Shown here piece by piece: positions 34,441 through 44,945 of a stretch of DNA of 56,939 bases. Made by a program: the position numbers and the translations under genes. The notes beneath the pieces were generated by a model. The model was not told the origin of the DNA and did no database searches. It worked only from the letters and a program-made list of their open reading frames with translations. Position 1 is the first letter of the stretch. Every line of letters starts with the position of its first letter. Source of the DNA: an uncultured Verrucomicrobiota bacterium (GTDB taxonomy: Bacteria > Verrucomicrobiota > Kiritimatiellia > CAIQIC01 > GWF2-57-35); assembly GCA_964521805.1 (NCBI GenBank), contig CAZFSE010000003.1:1-56939 (forward strand), given 5' to 3'.

Positions 34441-37155
34441 TCACTCCTCCTGCACGTAGAAGAAGCGCTGACCGGCGGCCCCCAGCGCGCCGGTATAGCT
34501 GTTCATCGGCGGCGTGGCCGGCAAGTTGCTCGCCAGCACGCTGAACCCCTGCACCAGCCCCGTCGAGGCCAGCACCCGGTACGTCCCGCTGGTCCCGCTT
34601 TGCCAGTTCAACACCACCTGCCCGCTCCCGGCGTTGACCCGCTCGGAATTCAATACAAACAGGTAGTCCTTCACGGTAAAGGGAACCGAAGAACCCTCCC
34701 AATACGAGTTCGTCCCCACCGCTGTAAGCCGCACATCCGTCGCCGTGTTCAACACACGGACCATTCCCGTCCAGACGCCATTGACAAACCCCGTCAGATT
34801 CGTCGGCTGAATGGTGGCATGGACCGGGATCAGCGGCGGCCCCAGGCGGATATTCGGATAATAGGTCGAGAGGTTGGGGGGTGGAGAGCTTCCAGACCAC
34901 GCCAATGGATCCCCATGCTCGCTGTCGCTTTCAAATATGAGTGATTGATAAACCGAGGCCGTGCTGGCCTGGCAATACCCGTCGCTTGTGTAGTCAGTAT
35001 TGTTGAAAGAGAAATCCACCATCAGATGGCTGGAGCCGTTGTAGGCAAAGGCATTGGTAAAGACAAACGACACCCAACCCGTCGAAGTGATGAGGAGATT
35101 GGATTGATAAACCGTGGTCCATCCGGTCCCCTCCCAAACTGGGGAGGCAGGATAAGACTCCAGCGAGGTATGCCGAAGACGAATGGTAAACACGTACAAA
35201 CTCTGCGGCGGAACTGTAATCACATTCAACGCCATGTTGCTGATGGTTTGCGCGCCTCCCAGCAGGTTTGAAGGATAGATGACCTGGGTGCGGGCATCAT
35301 GATAAAGCGTGGCCAGCGGGAATTTCCAGGAAAGAGCCTGCCGGCCCAGGTAACGTCCGGGATCCAGGGGCTCCGCCACGGCCCGGAGGAAAGCGGGCCC
35401 AGTGAAATTCGTCAACACGCGCCCCAGCACATTCTCCGCGGTGATTCGAACCTCAAAGGGCTGATTGGTGGCTTGCAGGCAAGGAACCGGATCAAAGGCA
35501 AAGCCGTCCATGGCGTTATTCATGAAAGCCGCCGGCGGCTTCGTTAAAAAAACACGATGGCCCAAGCGGTCTGGAACCTCCTGATACATCGGATGATCGT
35601 CCACATATTTGTTGGCATAGGCAAAGTCATACGCCTCTTTAAACGACACATAGCCGTCTCCATTGTAATCCGCATTGCAGGGCGCCGCATCCACCCAGGG
35701 CGTATTGGTCACCGGATAAAACCCGCGCATCGCCGCCGTCCAGTAATAGCACCACTGGTCGAAGCCCGGAAAGGTATCCCCTGCATAGGATGACTCGTTG
35801 TACTGTGCCGCCGTCGCGATCACGCGGTTCGGCTGGTTCAGGTCGTTCAGAAACCCGCCACTGTAGCACTGCTCCAGGGCAAACAGGATGGGGCATGCGA
35901 TGTTCGTCGTCAGTGACTTGAGGGCGGAATCCAGCAAAACCTCCTGGTTCCAAAGATTCAACTGCACATCCCAATCCCCCGCAAAAGGGATCGGCTCTCC
36001 ATGATCCGTGAAGAAGACAAAGAGCTGGTCGTTGGTGGCCAGGCGGGCTTGAAGCGCCTTGAATACATTGCTGACGTTCACCGCCGTCGCCGCCGCAAAG
36101 GTGTCCGGTAATCCGTCGCCATCGAGATCAAATGGCGAGTTACTGCTGTCGCTCCGGTCAGGAGTTGGATCCAGTCCGTCCGAAATCAGCGCATAGATAT
36201 TGGTCTTGGGATATCCATACTTCAGCCTGAGCGTGCTGTAAATGAACGCCGCATCCCCCCAGTAACGGATATGATTGTTGCCTTGGTCGTAACCGCCGGA
36301 CACAATCACCGCATAACAGTTGGACGCGGCACCCGCGTATTGGATGGCCGTGGTCTCACGGGCCGGAGAGGACGGGCCCTCGGACTGCGGAGCGCGCGGC
36401 GGAACAAAAGGGATGAGCGTCTCCAGCACCGCGCCGGCATCCGTGTCGTTCACATCCGCCGGCAAAACCTCCAGCGGAGTCAGCGCATACTGCACCGCCA
36501 CCGACGAAAGATCGGCGGCCACAAAAATATACCGGCAGGGATGCGCCCAGTTCGCCAGCGGCGCGTCGTCCGAGAAAAACACCCAGTACGTATTCCAAGG
36601 CGCCGCCACCTCGCGCCCGCGCCAGGTCGTCAGCCGCGTCCGCCCCGCCGATGCCAGGGACCTCATGGCCGAGAGTTCCAGCCCGCCGGTCCTTCCTTCC
36701 AGAAGAAGCTCCATGACCAAACGGTGGGCGTCGTCAAATCCTGCGCCAGATTGCGGCGCAAGCCCGGTAATCGTCAAATACAGGGGCTTCAACCCTGATT
36801 CCCCCTGGCGCGCGGCCATGGTGAACGCACGGCTCTCACCAGGCATCTGCCCCGTCAAAGCCCACGCCACTCCACCGCGATCGTTCGCACTCAAGGACGG
36901 AGAGGAAAATTCCAACGTCTTGATGGGAACAACGACCGCCTTCTCCAGCAGGGAGACCAAGTGTTTTTTCACACCAGAGGCATCCGCCAGCTCAACATCA
37001 GGAGGCTCTGAATCCGACGTCCAGCGCACTGAGCCTGCGGCGATCGAGTGCGTCCAGACGCCCAGGCTTCCCTCTTCCGCTGTTCCTGCCCGCACAGCAC
37101 ACGGACACAGGAGCCCGGCCACCAACATGATTATGCAGATACGAGCGAGACACAT
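34441..37155 (-). CDS. Large secreted protein with a C13 (legumain-like) cysteine peptidase domain and a long beta-rich C-terminal region
   Basis: 904 aa with a signal peptide. YAVIVSGGYDQGNNHIRYWGD, FFTDHGEP (His-Gly) and LEQCYSGGF (Cys) fit the C13 catalytic dyad. It ends ...GQRFFYVQEE. Confidence 0.55.
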   Translation of the reverse strand: MCLARICIIMLVAGLLCPCAVRAGTAEEGSLGVWTHSIAAGSVRWTSDSEPPDVELADASGVKKHLVSLLEKAVVVPIKTLEFSSPSLSANDRGGVAWALTGQMPGESRAFTMAARQGESGLKPLYLTITGLAPQSGAGFDDAHRLVMELLLEGRTGGLELSAMRSLASAGRTRLTTWRGREVAAPWNTYWVFFSDDAPLANWAHPCRYIFVAADLSSVAVQYALTPLEVLPADVNDTDAGAVLETLIPFVPPRAPQSEGPSSPARETTAIQYAGAASNCYAVIVSGGYDQGNNHIRYWGDAAFIYSTLRLKYGYPKTNIYALISDGLDPTPDRSDSSNSPFDLDGDGLPDTFAAATAVNVSNVFKALQARLATNDQLFVFFTDHGEPIPFAGDWDVQLNLWNQEVLLDSALKSLTTNIACPILFALEQCYSGGFLNDLNQPNRVIATAAQYNESSYAGDTFPGFDQWCYYWTAAMRGFYPVTNTPWVDAAPCNADYNGDGYVSFKEAYDFAYANKYVDDHPMYQEVPDRLGHRVFLTKPPAAFMNNAMDGFAFDPVPCLQATNQPFEVRITAENVLGRVLTNFTGPAFLRAVAEPLDPGRYLGRQALSWKFPLATLYHDARTQVIYPSNLLGGAQTISNMALNVITVPPQSLYVFTIRLRHTSLESYPASPVWEGTGWTTVYQSNLLITSTGWVSFVFTNAFAYNGSSHLMVDFSFNNTDYTSDGYCQASTASVYQSLIFESDSEHGDPLAWSGSSPPPNLSTYYPNIRLGPPLIPVHATIQPTNLTGFVNGVWTGMVRVLNTATDVRLTAVGTNSYWEGSSVPFTVKDYLFVLNSERVNAGSGQVVLNWQSGTSGTYRVLASTGLVQGFSVLASNLPATPPMNSYTGALGAAGQRFFYVQEE

Positions 37156-37531
37156 ATTACCTCCTCGGAAAATACAACCCAGAGTCCTTTTTCTTCCGTT
37201 TAAGATTGCACAGAGGCAGTATGCCCACTTTGTTGCTGTAATTTAATTCACATTCTACGAGACTTGCTCGTGAGGACGTTGCCAATAATCACGCGAAACG
37301 TTATGCGTAACATATTTTCAGCTATTCCACTTGACAGGGGGAGGAACTCTGATATTTTTCGTCCGTTTCTTGTGGTAAAGCAGATTGACAGAATAGTGTG
37401 GATGGCTTAAGGTGTAGAAAAAGCTGGTAACCGGTTCCCTTGTTTGACTAGTTGCTTGGGGGAGCTGTGGAAAAAAGTGTGTGTTCAGGATTTGTTTTGT
37501 AGTCAAGCGTCATAACGAGGAGACAAGAAAA

Positions 37532-40500
37532 ATGCGAAAGTTGTTATTGGGTTTGTTTGCGGCGTGGATGGGGCTCTCGCAAGTGGTGACAGCCAACATA
37601 TTGACGAATGGGAGCTTTGAGGCTCCTGCTACCCTCGATTTTGTGGATACGGGCTGGACAGCCACAGGCCCCATGGAAAGACCCGAGTGGAGTGCGCGCA
37701 CCGGCCTGCGTGGCACCCGCTTCCCCGGCTGGGAGGGCGCTTCGACAGCCTCTTTGTACCAGAATGTCACCGCCAATCAAACAGGCGAGTACACCTTTTC
37801 GGTATGGGTCTATCGGGAACAAAATTATCTCAGCACCAATATCCTGCTTAGCCTGGAGTGGCTGGACGCCTCCGGCAACCCGCTGGGCGATGCGCCTGCT
37901 ATTAAAAACATTGCCCACTATCCAAAAGACAGCTTGTGGCGCCATGCCTATGTTTCAGGAACCTGCACAAATTCCAATCTCGGCCAGGTCCGCGTCAAAA
38001 TGAATAGCACGTGGACCGTGTTTGGCGGGGGCAGTTCATCGTTTCTCATTGACGATGCATCCCTGCTTCGCGGGGCTTTCACGGGAACGACCGTGACCAA
38101 TCAGAGCTTTGAGAGTGGAACCCAGAATGACTGGCGCAACTCCCAATGGAAAAGCTCCAAGGAATTGACCGGTTTTGGCTCGGGTGGAGAACGAAAACAG
38201 GATTGGGCACGGCGTAGTGGTAATTTTGGCGTTGGCTTGTATTCCTGGGATAACAGTGCCACCAATTACTCCATCACACTTCAACAAAACGTGGCTCCCT
38301 ACCCCTCCACAGGGCTCTACACGTTCGCGGTTTGGATTCGGCGGGAAGCCAATGGCATTTTAACCAACGCCGAAATCGCCATTCAGCTCTATGACGAAAC
38401 GCGGACGAATCTGGTCCAGGCTGTTACCAACAAGCAGACAGCCATCCCTGCTGACGGTGTGTGGAAAGAGTACTTTGTCACCACCACCAATATGGATCCT
38501 TCTGTGGTAGAGGCCCGAGTGGTCATGAAGTATGACTGGACCTTCAACACCAATAATGTGGACATACGCTCTTCCATGTTTGACGACGCCCGCCTGTTGC
38601 GTTCAGAGTATAGCACTGAAGATTGCCTTCCAGATTGGGCCTATCATTCCGCCCGCTACCAGTTCCCTCGCTGGGAGCAGGTTCCCGGCGGAAATGTGGG
38701 CTCATTCCAGCAAGTGAATTACACCACATGGACCAGCACGTGGTACGTGCTGACAGAGAGCCCGACCTTTGCGCGGCGCTCCGCCCCGGATGGCGAAGTA
38801 TCCGAGATGCGCATGCATACCAGTTGGAATCACCCTGGATCTGACAAATGGATTGATCAGGAAGGCATCATGAGCAAAGTCGGAAGCGTGGTACTGGACT
38901 CGGCAACCCCCTTCCATGGCATGCCGGTGAGCGGAACGCACACCGTGGATCTCTGGAGATACGAATGGTCCTTGCCCAGAAGCACCAATGATGGTTCGGC
39001 GTTCTCATCCACGCCCATCTCCATTTTCTATGCTCCGTACATGGTTTCCAAGAACGGCGAGGCGGTCTCTCCCCCCTACTATCTGGTCGCGCAACCCAAT
39101 GCCGTCACGAACCAGAATAATCTGGGCCAATTGTTTGATGTAAATAACATCGCTATTGACTATCAATTCGTCAGTGCTCCGGACATTTATCCGGCCTTGA
39201 CCAACGGTAACTTTGAACAACCGGATGCCGGCACCATGGACAATTCCGGATGGTTCAAGTGGGGTTCCTTGGGGCGCGAGACATGGGCGGCACACTCAGG
39301 CACATGGGGCGGGGCTTTCTTTGCATGGGACACCAGCGATGCCGGCGTTTTTCAATATGTGCAGGCCTCTCCCGGCACCTATACCTTCTCCATCTGGTTC
39401 CGACGCGAACTCAACACCTTGCCGGAAGAAATCAACTTGGTGCTGGAATGGAACAGCCCCACCGGCGTCGTCCAGGTCAACCACCAATACATGAACAGCA
39501 TCCCCAACGACGCCGCATGGCGCCTGCTCCATATCACGGCTACCTGTAATGATCCAAGCGTTACCCATATCCGCCCCATGCTCACCTCCCGCTACCTGTC
39601 AGGGCCGGGGGTTACATCTCGATCCATGGCCTTCGATGACGCTGATTTGTATAGCGGCGGCTTCACGGGGGTTCAGCCCCTGGCCAATGCCGGCTTCGAG
39701 CAGGGCGATGGACTTGCGCCCGCCGCTTGGGTTTGCCAGTCCAATCTCACCGACATCAGCCGTGAAACATGGGCATTTCACTCCGAGACATGGGGAGCGG
39801 TATTCAAGGGATGGGAAACCAATCAGCTGGAGTATTCAGCCTCGCTGTATCAACCGCTCGTGGCACCAACCGGCAGTTATGTTCTTGCGTTCTGGATGAA
39901 ACGCGAGTCGGCTGGCATTCTGCTGACCAACTTGGAGGTGCGGATGGACTGGTATGACCAAACCTACACCAACCGGCTGGTCAGCACGGTTCAGAAGTTG
40001 AACCCTCCCTCTGACAATACCTGGTACCAATATTCCATTACCAGCGAATGCCTGAATGTCACTGCCAGGGAGTTGCGCCCGGTCATTTTTGCCCAGTGGG
40101 AAAGGAACATGTCGCCAGGGATACAACGTACCGTCCAGCTGGATGACTTCACCCTGATCTACACCAATGCGGCCAGTGAATACACCGACGGTATTCCCAA
40201 CACTTGGTGGGATCGCTACAGCATTGCGCCGGAGGATCGAATCGCGGCGGATGATCTGGATTCCGATACCGCCTCCAATTGGGAAGAGTTTGTAGCCGAT
40301 ACCGACCCGACCTTGGACTCATCCTTCTATCCGAATCAAATTGCCACCATGAGCGGCGTGGGCACAATGATTCTGCTGGCGGGACCGCCAACCACCAACA
40401 GCCGAAACTACACAGTCTATTGGAAGACCAACCTCATGGAACACAGCTGGGTGCCTTATGGCGTGCTTGTACAAGGCGCCGCCAACGGCACAGCGGTGCA

Positions 40501-40561
40501 ACTCACCGTGACCAACGCGGTGGGCCAGCGATTCTACCGCACCGGCGTAGCCCTGCCGTAA
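37532..40561 (+). CDS. Large secreted protein with four CBM4/9-like (galactose-binding-like) repeats, a TSP3-like Asp-rich motif and a C-terminal beta domain
   Basis: Signal peptide MRKLLLGLFAAWMGLSQVVTA. Repeat starts: NGSFEAP, NQSFESG, NGNFEQP, NAGFEQG, each followed by Y(T/V)FS/FA-(I/V)W..RE. Asp-rich motif DDLDSDTASNWEEFVADTDPTLDSSFY. It ends GQRFYRTGVALP. Confidence 0.7.
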   Translation: MRKLLLGLFAAWMGLSQVVTANILTNGSFEAPATLDFVDTGWTATGPMERPEWSARTGLRGTRFPGWEGASTASLYQNVTANQTGEYTFSVWVYREQNYLSTNILLSLEWLDASGNPLGDAPAIKNIAHYPKDSLWRHAYVSGTCTNSNLGQVRVKMNSTWTVFGGGSSSFLIDDASLLRGAFTGTTVTNQSFESGTQNDWRNSQWKSSKELTGFGSGGERKQDWARRSGNFGVGLYSWDNSATNYSITLQQNVAPYPSTGLYTFAVWIRREANGILTNAEIAIQLYDETRTNLVQAVTNKQTAIPADGVWKEYFVTTTNMDPSVVEARVVMKYDWTFNTNNVDIRSSMFDDARLLRSEYSTEDCLPDWAYHSARYQFPRWEQVPGGNVGSFQQVNYTTWTSTWYVLTESPTFARRSAPDGEVSEMRMHTSWNHPGSDKWIDQEGIMSKVGSVVLDSATPFHGMPVSGTHTVDLWRYEWSLPRSTNDGSAFSSTPISIFYAPYMVSKNGEAVSPPYYLVAQPNAVTNQNNLGQLFDVNNIAIDYQFVSAPDIYPALTNGNFEQPDAGTMDNSGWFKWGSLGRETWAAHSGTWGGAFFAWDTSDAGVFQYVQASPGTYTFSIWFRRELNTLPEEINLVLEWNSPTGVVQVNHQYMNSIPNDAAWRLLHITATCNDPSVTHIRPMLTSRYLSGPGVTSRSMAFDDADLYSGGFTGVQPLANAGFEQGDGLAPAAWVCQSNLTDISRETWAFHSETWGAVFKGWETNQLEYSASLYQPLVAPTGSYVLAFWMKRESAGILLTNLEVRMDWYDQTYTNRLVSTVQKLNPPSDNTWYQYSITSECLNVTARELRPVIFAQWERNMSPGIQRTVQLDDFTLIYTNAASEYTDGIPNTWWDRYSIAPEDRIAADDLDSDTASNWEEFVADTDPTLDSSFYPNQIATMSGVGTMILLAGPPTTNSRNYTVYWKTNLMEHSWVPYGVLVQGAANGTAVQLTVTNAVGQRFYRTGVALP

Positions 40562-40580
40562 TCACGCACTGACCCCAAAG

Positions 40581-40612
40581 GCCCCGGCGATGTCGCCGGG
40601 GCCTTTTTTTTG
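40581..40612 (+). terminator. Rho-independent terminator
   Basis: Stem ggccccggcga / tcgccggggcc with a 2-nt loop, followed by T8 (40605..40612). Confidence 0.85.
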
Positions 40613-40667
40613 TGTTCATTTTTCCCTGATCCAGTTATTCTCCGCCCGTCATACAAAGGAGAAAACG

Positions 40668-41048
40668 ATGAAAATTTTCATGCTGGTGGCGCTGGGATTT
40701 GCGAGCCTTTTGGTTGCCGTCCAGGCAAGTGAGCCCGTGGTGGGCCACCCCTCCCCGCGCATCATCTCCACCGATCCGCCCCACATCGCCGAACCCAATG
40801 CTCCCATTCAGGAGTTTGTCACCCTCTCTGGAACGTTGTATGCCATCCATGACAAATCCAGCAACCTCTCCACCCTTGAATTAAGGGCCGATGATGGCGG
40901 CGAATACCAGATCATGCTGACCCCTGAAACCCGCCCGCTCGCCCAATGGCATGAAAAGCGCGTTGTGATTCAAGGCACGATCTCGCTGGAGGCCGATGTC
41001 CAATGGCTGAATGTCCACACCTGCAATCTCTCGCCCGACGAATTGTGA
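40668..41048 (+). CDS. Small secreted protein of unknown function
   Basis: 126 aa from ATG 40668. Signal peptide MKIFMLVALGFASLLVAVQA. It ends 3 nt before hisF. No motif recognised. Confidence 0.5.
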   Translation: MKIFMLVALGFASLLVAVQASEPVVGHPSPRIISTDPPHIAEPNAPIQEFVTLSGTLYAIHDKSSNLSTLELRADDGGEYQIMLTPETRPLAQWHEKRVVIQGTISLEADVQWLNVHTCNLSPDEL

Positions 41049-41051
41049 CGC

Positions 41052-41813
41052 ATGATCGCCAAACGCATTATTCCCTGCCTGGACATCACCGGAGGACGTG
41101 TCGTCAAGGGCGTCAAGTTCGTCGAGTTGCGCGATGCCGGCGATCCGGTCTCCGTCGCCCGCGCCTACGAAGAGCAGGGCGCGGATGAACTGACGTTTCT
41201 CGATATCACCGCTTCCCACGAGGCGCGCAACACCATGGTAGAGGTCGTGCGCGCCGTCGCAGAACAAGTCTTCATGCCGCTGACGGTTGGCGGAGGCATC
41301 CGCACCTCCGCCGACATCCGCACCATGCTCCAGGCCGGTGCCGACAAGGTCTCGCTCAATACCGCGGCCTTGCTGAATCCGGACATCCTGAATGAGACGT
41401 CCACACAATTCGGGAGCCAGTGCATTGTCCTGGCCATCGATGCCCGGAAAAATACAGGCCGCCCCGGCTGGACGGTGTACACCCATGGCGGGCGCAAACC
41501 CACCGAGCGCGATGCGGTGGAATGGGCGATCGAAGGCACCCAACGTGGCGCCGGGGAAATCCTGCTGACCAGCATGGACAAGGATGGCACCAAGTCTGGT
41601 TACGATCTGGAGCTGACCCGCGCCATCTCTGAAGCTGTGCCTGTGCCTGTGATTGCCTCCGGCGGGGTCGGAACCCTGGAGCATTTATATGATGGCATCG
41701 TGGAGGGCAAGGCCGATGCCGTGCTGGCCGCCTCCATCTTCCACTTTGGCGAATTCACCATCCCCCAGGTCAAAACCTACTTGCGGGAGCGCGGAGTCGA
41801 AGTTAGGCTGTAG
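41052..41813 (+). CDS. hisF: Imidazole glycerol phosphate synthase cyclase subunit
   Basis: [60 protein letters not shown]: canonical HisF. Confidence 0.95.
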   Translation: MIAKRIIPCLDITGGRVVKGVKFVELRDAGDPVSVARAYEEQGADELTFLDITASHEARNTMVEVVRAVAEQVFMPLTVGGGIRTSADIRTMLQAGADKVSLNTAALLNPDILNETSTQFGSQCIVLAIDARKNTGRPGWTVYTHGGRKPTERDAVEWAIEGTQRGAGEILLTSMDKDGTKSGYDLELTRAISEAVPVPVIASGGVGTLEHLYDGIVEGKADAVLAASIFHFGEFTIPQVKTYLRERGVEVRL

Positions 41814-41888
41814 AAGACTTGAATTAACGCATGTGCTCCTGTAGCCTGCTGTCTTGTTTCAGGCTGAAAGATTCTGCATGGAGACGTT

Positions 41889-42179
41889 GTGAACTATGAT
41901 TTTGAGTGGGATCCAAATAAGGCAAGATTGAATCGCCGCAAGCACGGCATCGCCTTTGAGCAATCTGCGTCCGTGTTTCGTGATGCGCAAGCTGTTTCCA
42001 TCTTCGATCATGCGCATAGCGTTCAAGAAGATCGTTGGATTACCATGGGATTATCAAATGGAGGATTATTACTCATTGTGCATCATACATTTGAGGAAGT
42101 GAATGCAACCACGGTAAGAATCCGAATATTCTCCAGCCGCAAGGCAACAAAAAATGAAGCGGGTCAATATGGGAGATAA
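41889..42179 (+). CDS. brnT: BrnT-family (DUF497) toxin
   Basis: FEWDPNKARLNRRKHGIAFEQSASVFRDAQAVSIFDHAHS..EDRW...G....LLLIVHHTF......IRIFSSRKATKNE. GTG start with GGAG 5 nt upstream. Confidence 0.8.
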   Translation: MNYDFEWDPNKARLNRRKHGIAFEQSASVFRDAQAVSIFDHAHSVQEDRWITMGLSNGGLLLIVHHTFEEVNATTVRIRIFSSRKATKNEAGQYGR

Positions 42180-42183
42180 CATA

Positions 42184-42384
42184 ATGAAAAAAGAATACGA
42201 TTTTTCAAAGGGCATTAAAGGCAAGTTTTACCGTGCAAATGCAACGCTAAACATGCCGGTCTATTTGGACAGAAAAGTCCGTCAGTTCGTGGAGCAAATC
42301 GCTGCGAGCAGAAAAACAGACGTATCCGCTATTGTTAACCGCCTGTTACGCTCAGACATGGAACTCGTCGAATCTGCAAAATAA
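42184..42384 (+). CDS. brnA: BrnA-like antitoxin (small DNA-binding partner of BrnT)
   Basis: 66 aa from ATG 42184, 4 nt after the brnT stop. It begins MKKEYDFSKGIKGKFY, which is typical of BrnA-type antitoxins. The C-terminal part is RHH-like: VYLDRKVRQFVEQIAASRKTDVSAIVNRLL. Confidence 0.65.
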   Translation: MKKEYDFSKGIKGKFYRANATLNMPVYLDRKVRQFVEQIAASRKTDVSAIVNRLLRSDMELVESAK

Positions 42385-42428
42385 CGCTCTATTGTATTGG
42401 CCCTGGCTCAAAATACGAAAGACATACC

Positions 42429-42839
42429 ATGAATGAAAAGGAAGAAGGTCTGGAGTTAGCGCTGGATTTTGACAAGCTCGCCAAAGCCGTGGCGGTCAGT
42501 CCCGGCATCATCCCCGTGGCCGTGCAGAACGCGGACACGAGAGAAGTCATTCTCGTGGCCTACACCAACAAGCTGGCTTTCGACAAAACGCTGGAAACGC
42601 AGTCGCTCGTGCTCTGGAGCACCTCCCGCAATGAGCTCTGGGAAAAAGGCAAAACCTCCGGCGAAACCTTTGATTTGGTCGAGGCCCGCGTGAATTGTGA
42701 GCAAAACTCCCTGCTGTACCTGGTGCGCCCGCGCCGCGGCGGCATCTGCCACACCAAGAACCTTCAGGGCCAGCCCCGGAACTGCTACTACCGGAAAGTG
42801 GACCCCTCCAGCGGAAAACTGGTCAATCTGGACCCCTAG
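42429..42839 (+). CDS. hisI: Phosphoribosyl-AMP cyclohydrolase
   Basis: IPVAVQNADTREVILVAYTNKLAFDKTLETQSLVLWSTSRNELWEKGKTSGETFDLVEARVNCEQNSLLYLV...GGICHT. Confidence 0.9.
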   Translation: MNEKEEGLELALDFDKLAKAVAVSPGIIPVAVQNADTREVILVAYTNKLAFDKTLETQSLVLWSTSRNELWEKGKTSGETFDLVEARVNCEQNSLLYLVRPRRGGICHTKNLQGQPRNCYYRKVDPSSGKLVNLDP

Positions 42840-42842
42840 ATC

Positions 42843-44369
42843 ATGTACACCCCCGATTTAGTCTCTTTTCTGAAAAAGGCCTCGCAAGGCAACTTGGTGC
42901 CGGTTTGGAGGGAACTCCTGGCGGACCGGGACACCCCCGTCTCGGCGTATGAACGGCTCTATGCCGCGCTTTCCGTTGAGAAAGACCGGCCTCCGCACAG
43001 CTTCCTTCTCGAAAGTGTCGAGGGCGGCGAAAAGATCGCCCGCTACTCCTTCCTCGGAGGCCACCCCCGGGTCATCTTTCGCGCTCAGGGCCGGCGGGTC
43101 GAACTGGAGGATCAGCACGGCCATATCGAGGTGCGGGAAAATGCGGAACCCGTTGAGGTTCTAAAACAGTACATGTCCCGCTTCAAGCCCGTGGCCGACC
43201 CCGCTCTCCCCCGTTTCTTTGGCGGCGCTGTTGGCTATATCGGCTATGATGCCGTCGCCGGGTTTGAACGGATTCCGCTGAACCCCAATAACGCCCTCGC
43301 CTGGCCGGATATGGTGTTCATTCTGGCCGACAGCCTCCTGATTTTTGACCATGTGCGGCACACCATCAAGGTTGTGGCCAATGCCTTTATCGAGGGCACT
43401 CCCCAAGCCGCCTATGAGGAGGCTCTCCAGCGCATTGATCGCCTCTGCTCCGCGCTCTCCGCCTCCGCCACGCATCCCCTGCTTGACGTGCATGAGCCCT
43501 CATCGCCAGTTCCCTTTCGTTCCACCATGTCCAAGGAAGCATTCATGGCCTCCGTGGAGAAGGCCAAGGAATACATCCGGGCGGGCGACATCATTCAGAC
43601 CGTCCTCTCCCAGCGGCTCGAAGTGGACCAGCCGGGAGATCCCATCGAGGTGTATCGCGCCCTCCGCTCGGTCAACCCATCCCCCTACATGTACTGCCTT
43701 AATTTTGGGAGCCGCCATGTTGTCGGCTCCTCGCCGGAGGTGCATGTGCGTTGCGAAGACGGGCATGTGGAACTGCGCCCCATCGCCGGGACCCGTCCGC
43801 GCTCAAAAGATCCCGCCGAAGATGCACGGCTGGCGCAGGAACTGCTGGCCGATCCCAAGGAACGCGCGGAGCACATCATGCTGGTGGACCTCGCGCGCAA
43901 TGATCTGGGCCGCGTCTGCCGCTATGGCTCCGTGCGAGTGCCGGAGCTGATGATCGTCGAGCGCTACAGCCATGTGATGCACATCGTCTCGGATGTCACC
44001 GGAGAACTGGCGCCGGAACACGATGCCTATGACGTGCTGAAGGCCACGTTCCCCGCCGGCACCGTCAGCGGCGCGCCCAAGATTCGCGCCATGGAGATCA
44101 TCGCCGAACTGGAAGCCTCCCGCCGGGGCCCCTACGCGGGCGCGATCGGCTATTTCAGCTTCACCGGCAACCTGGATTCCTGCATCACCATCCGCACGGC
44201 CCTCATCGAGAACAACCAGGCGTACATCCAGGCGGGCGCAGGCATCGTGGCCGATTCCGACCCCGAACGTGAATACGAGGAGACCCTCAACAAGGCCGGC
44301 GGAATGCTCAAGGCCCTGGCCATCGCCCGACATGCCTCCACCCCCATCCCACGGTCAAAGACACCATGA
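42843..44369 (+). CDS. trpE: Anthranilate synthase component I
   Basis: 508 aa. [59 protein letters not shown] and [15 protein letters not shown] are all present. Confidence 0.9.
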   Translation: MYTPDLVSFLKKASQGNLVPVWRELLADRDTPVSAYERLYAALSVEKDRPPHSFLLESVEGGEKIARYSFLGGHPRVIFRAQGRRVELEDQHGHIEVRENAEPVEVLKQYMSRFKPVADPALPRFFGGAVGYIGYDAVAGFERIPLNPNNALAWPDMVFILADSLLIFDHVRHTIKVVANAFIEGTPQAAYEEALQRIDRLCSALSASATHPLLDVHEPSSPVPFRSTMSKEAFMASVEKAKEYIRAGDIIQTVLSQRLEVDQPGDPIEVYRALRSVNPSPYMYCLNFGSRHVVGSSPEVHVRCEDGHVELRPIAGTRPRSKDPAEDARLAQELLADPKERAEHIMLVDLARNDLGRVCRYGSVRVPELMIVERYSHVMHIVSDVTGELAPEHDAYDVLKATFPAGTVSGAPKIRAMEIIAELEASRRGPYAGAIGYFSFTGNLDSCITIRTALIENNQAYIQAGAGIVADSDPEREYEETLNKAGGMLKALAIARHASTPIPRSKTP

Positions 44370-44929
44370 TTCTAATGATCGACAATTACGATTCGTTCAC
44401 CTACAACCTGGTCCAATACTTTGGCGAACTGGGTGTCGAGGTCCGCGTCGAGCGAAATGACGCCATCCGCCTCGATGAAATCGCCGCCCTCAAGCCGGAG
44501 AAAATTGTCATCAGCCCCGGCCCCTGCTCCCCCACGGAGGCGGGGATTTCCTGCGCCGTCATCGAGCGGTTCGGCCCCTCGATTCCCCTGTTCGGCGTCT
44601 GCCTCGGGCACCAGTGCATTGGGCATGTGTATGGCGGCCGTGTTGTCCGCGCCGGACGCCTAATGCACGGAAAAACCTCCCCCATCCTGCATCAAGGCCA
44701 AAGCCTGCTGGCCGGACTGCCCAGCCCCTTTGAAGCCATCCGCTACCATTCCCTGCTGGTCGAACGCGACAGCCTGCCCGCAGATTTAATCATTACGGCG
44801 GAAACCGCCGAAAAGGAAATCATGGGCCTCCAACACAAGGCTCATCCCGTCCATGGCGTGCAATTCCATCCGGAATCCATCCTGACCCAAAATGGCATGG
44901 CCATCCTGAAAAATTTCCTGGCGCTGTAA
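44366..44929 (+). CDS. trpG: Anthranilate synthase component II / glutamine amidotransferase
   Basis: [34 protein letters not shown] (catalytic Cys), VQFHPES. There is a 4-nt overlap with trpE. Confidence 0.9.
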   Translation: MILMIDNYDSFTYNLVQYFGELGVEVRVERNDAIRLDEIAALKPEKIVISPGPCSPTEAGISCAVIERFGPSIPLFGVCLGHQCIGHVYGGRVVRAGRLMHGKTSPILHQGQSLLAGLPSPFEAIRYHSLLVERDSLPADLIITAETAEKEIMGLQHKAHPVHGVQFHPESILTQNGMAILKNFLAL

Positions 44930-44945
44930 TCCGTCCTGTTGGGCA

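Noticed and set aside
37331-37420. I considered sigma70-like promoters from the two TTGACA hexamers (about 37331 and 37384) upstream of the CBM-repeat gene.
   Set aside because: The -10 candidates at suitable spacing (ATATTT/TAAGGT) are poor. Promoter consensus in this lineage is unknown to me. They are mentioned only as context.
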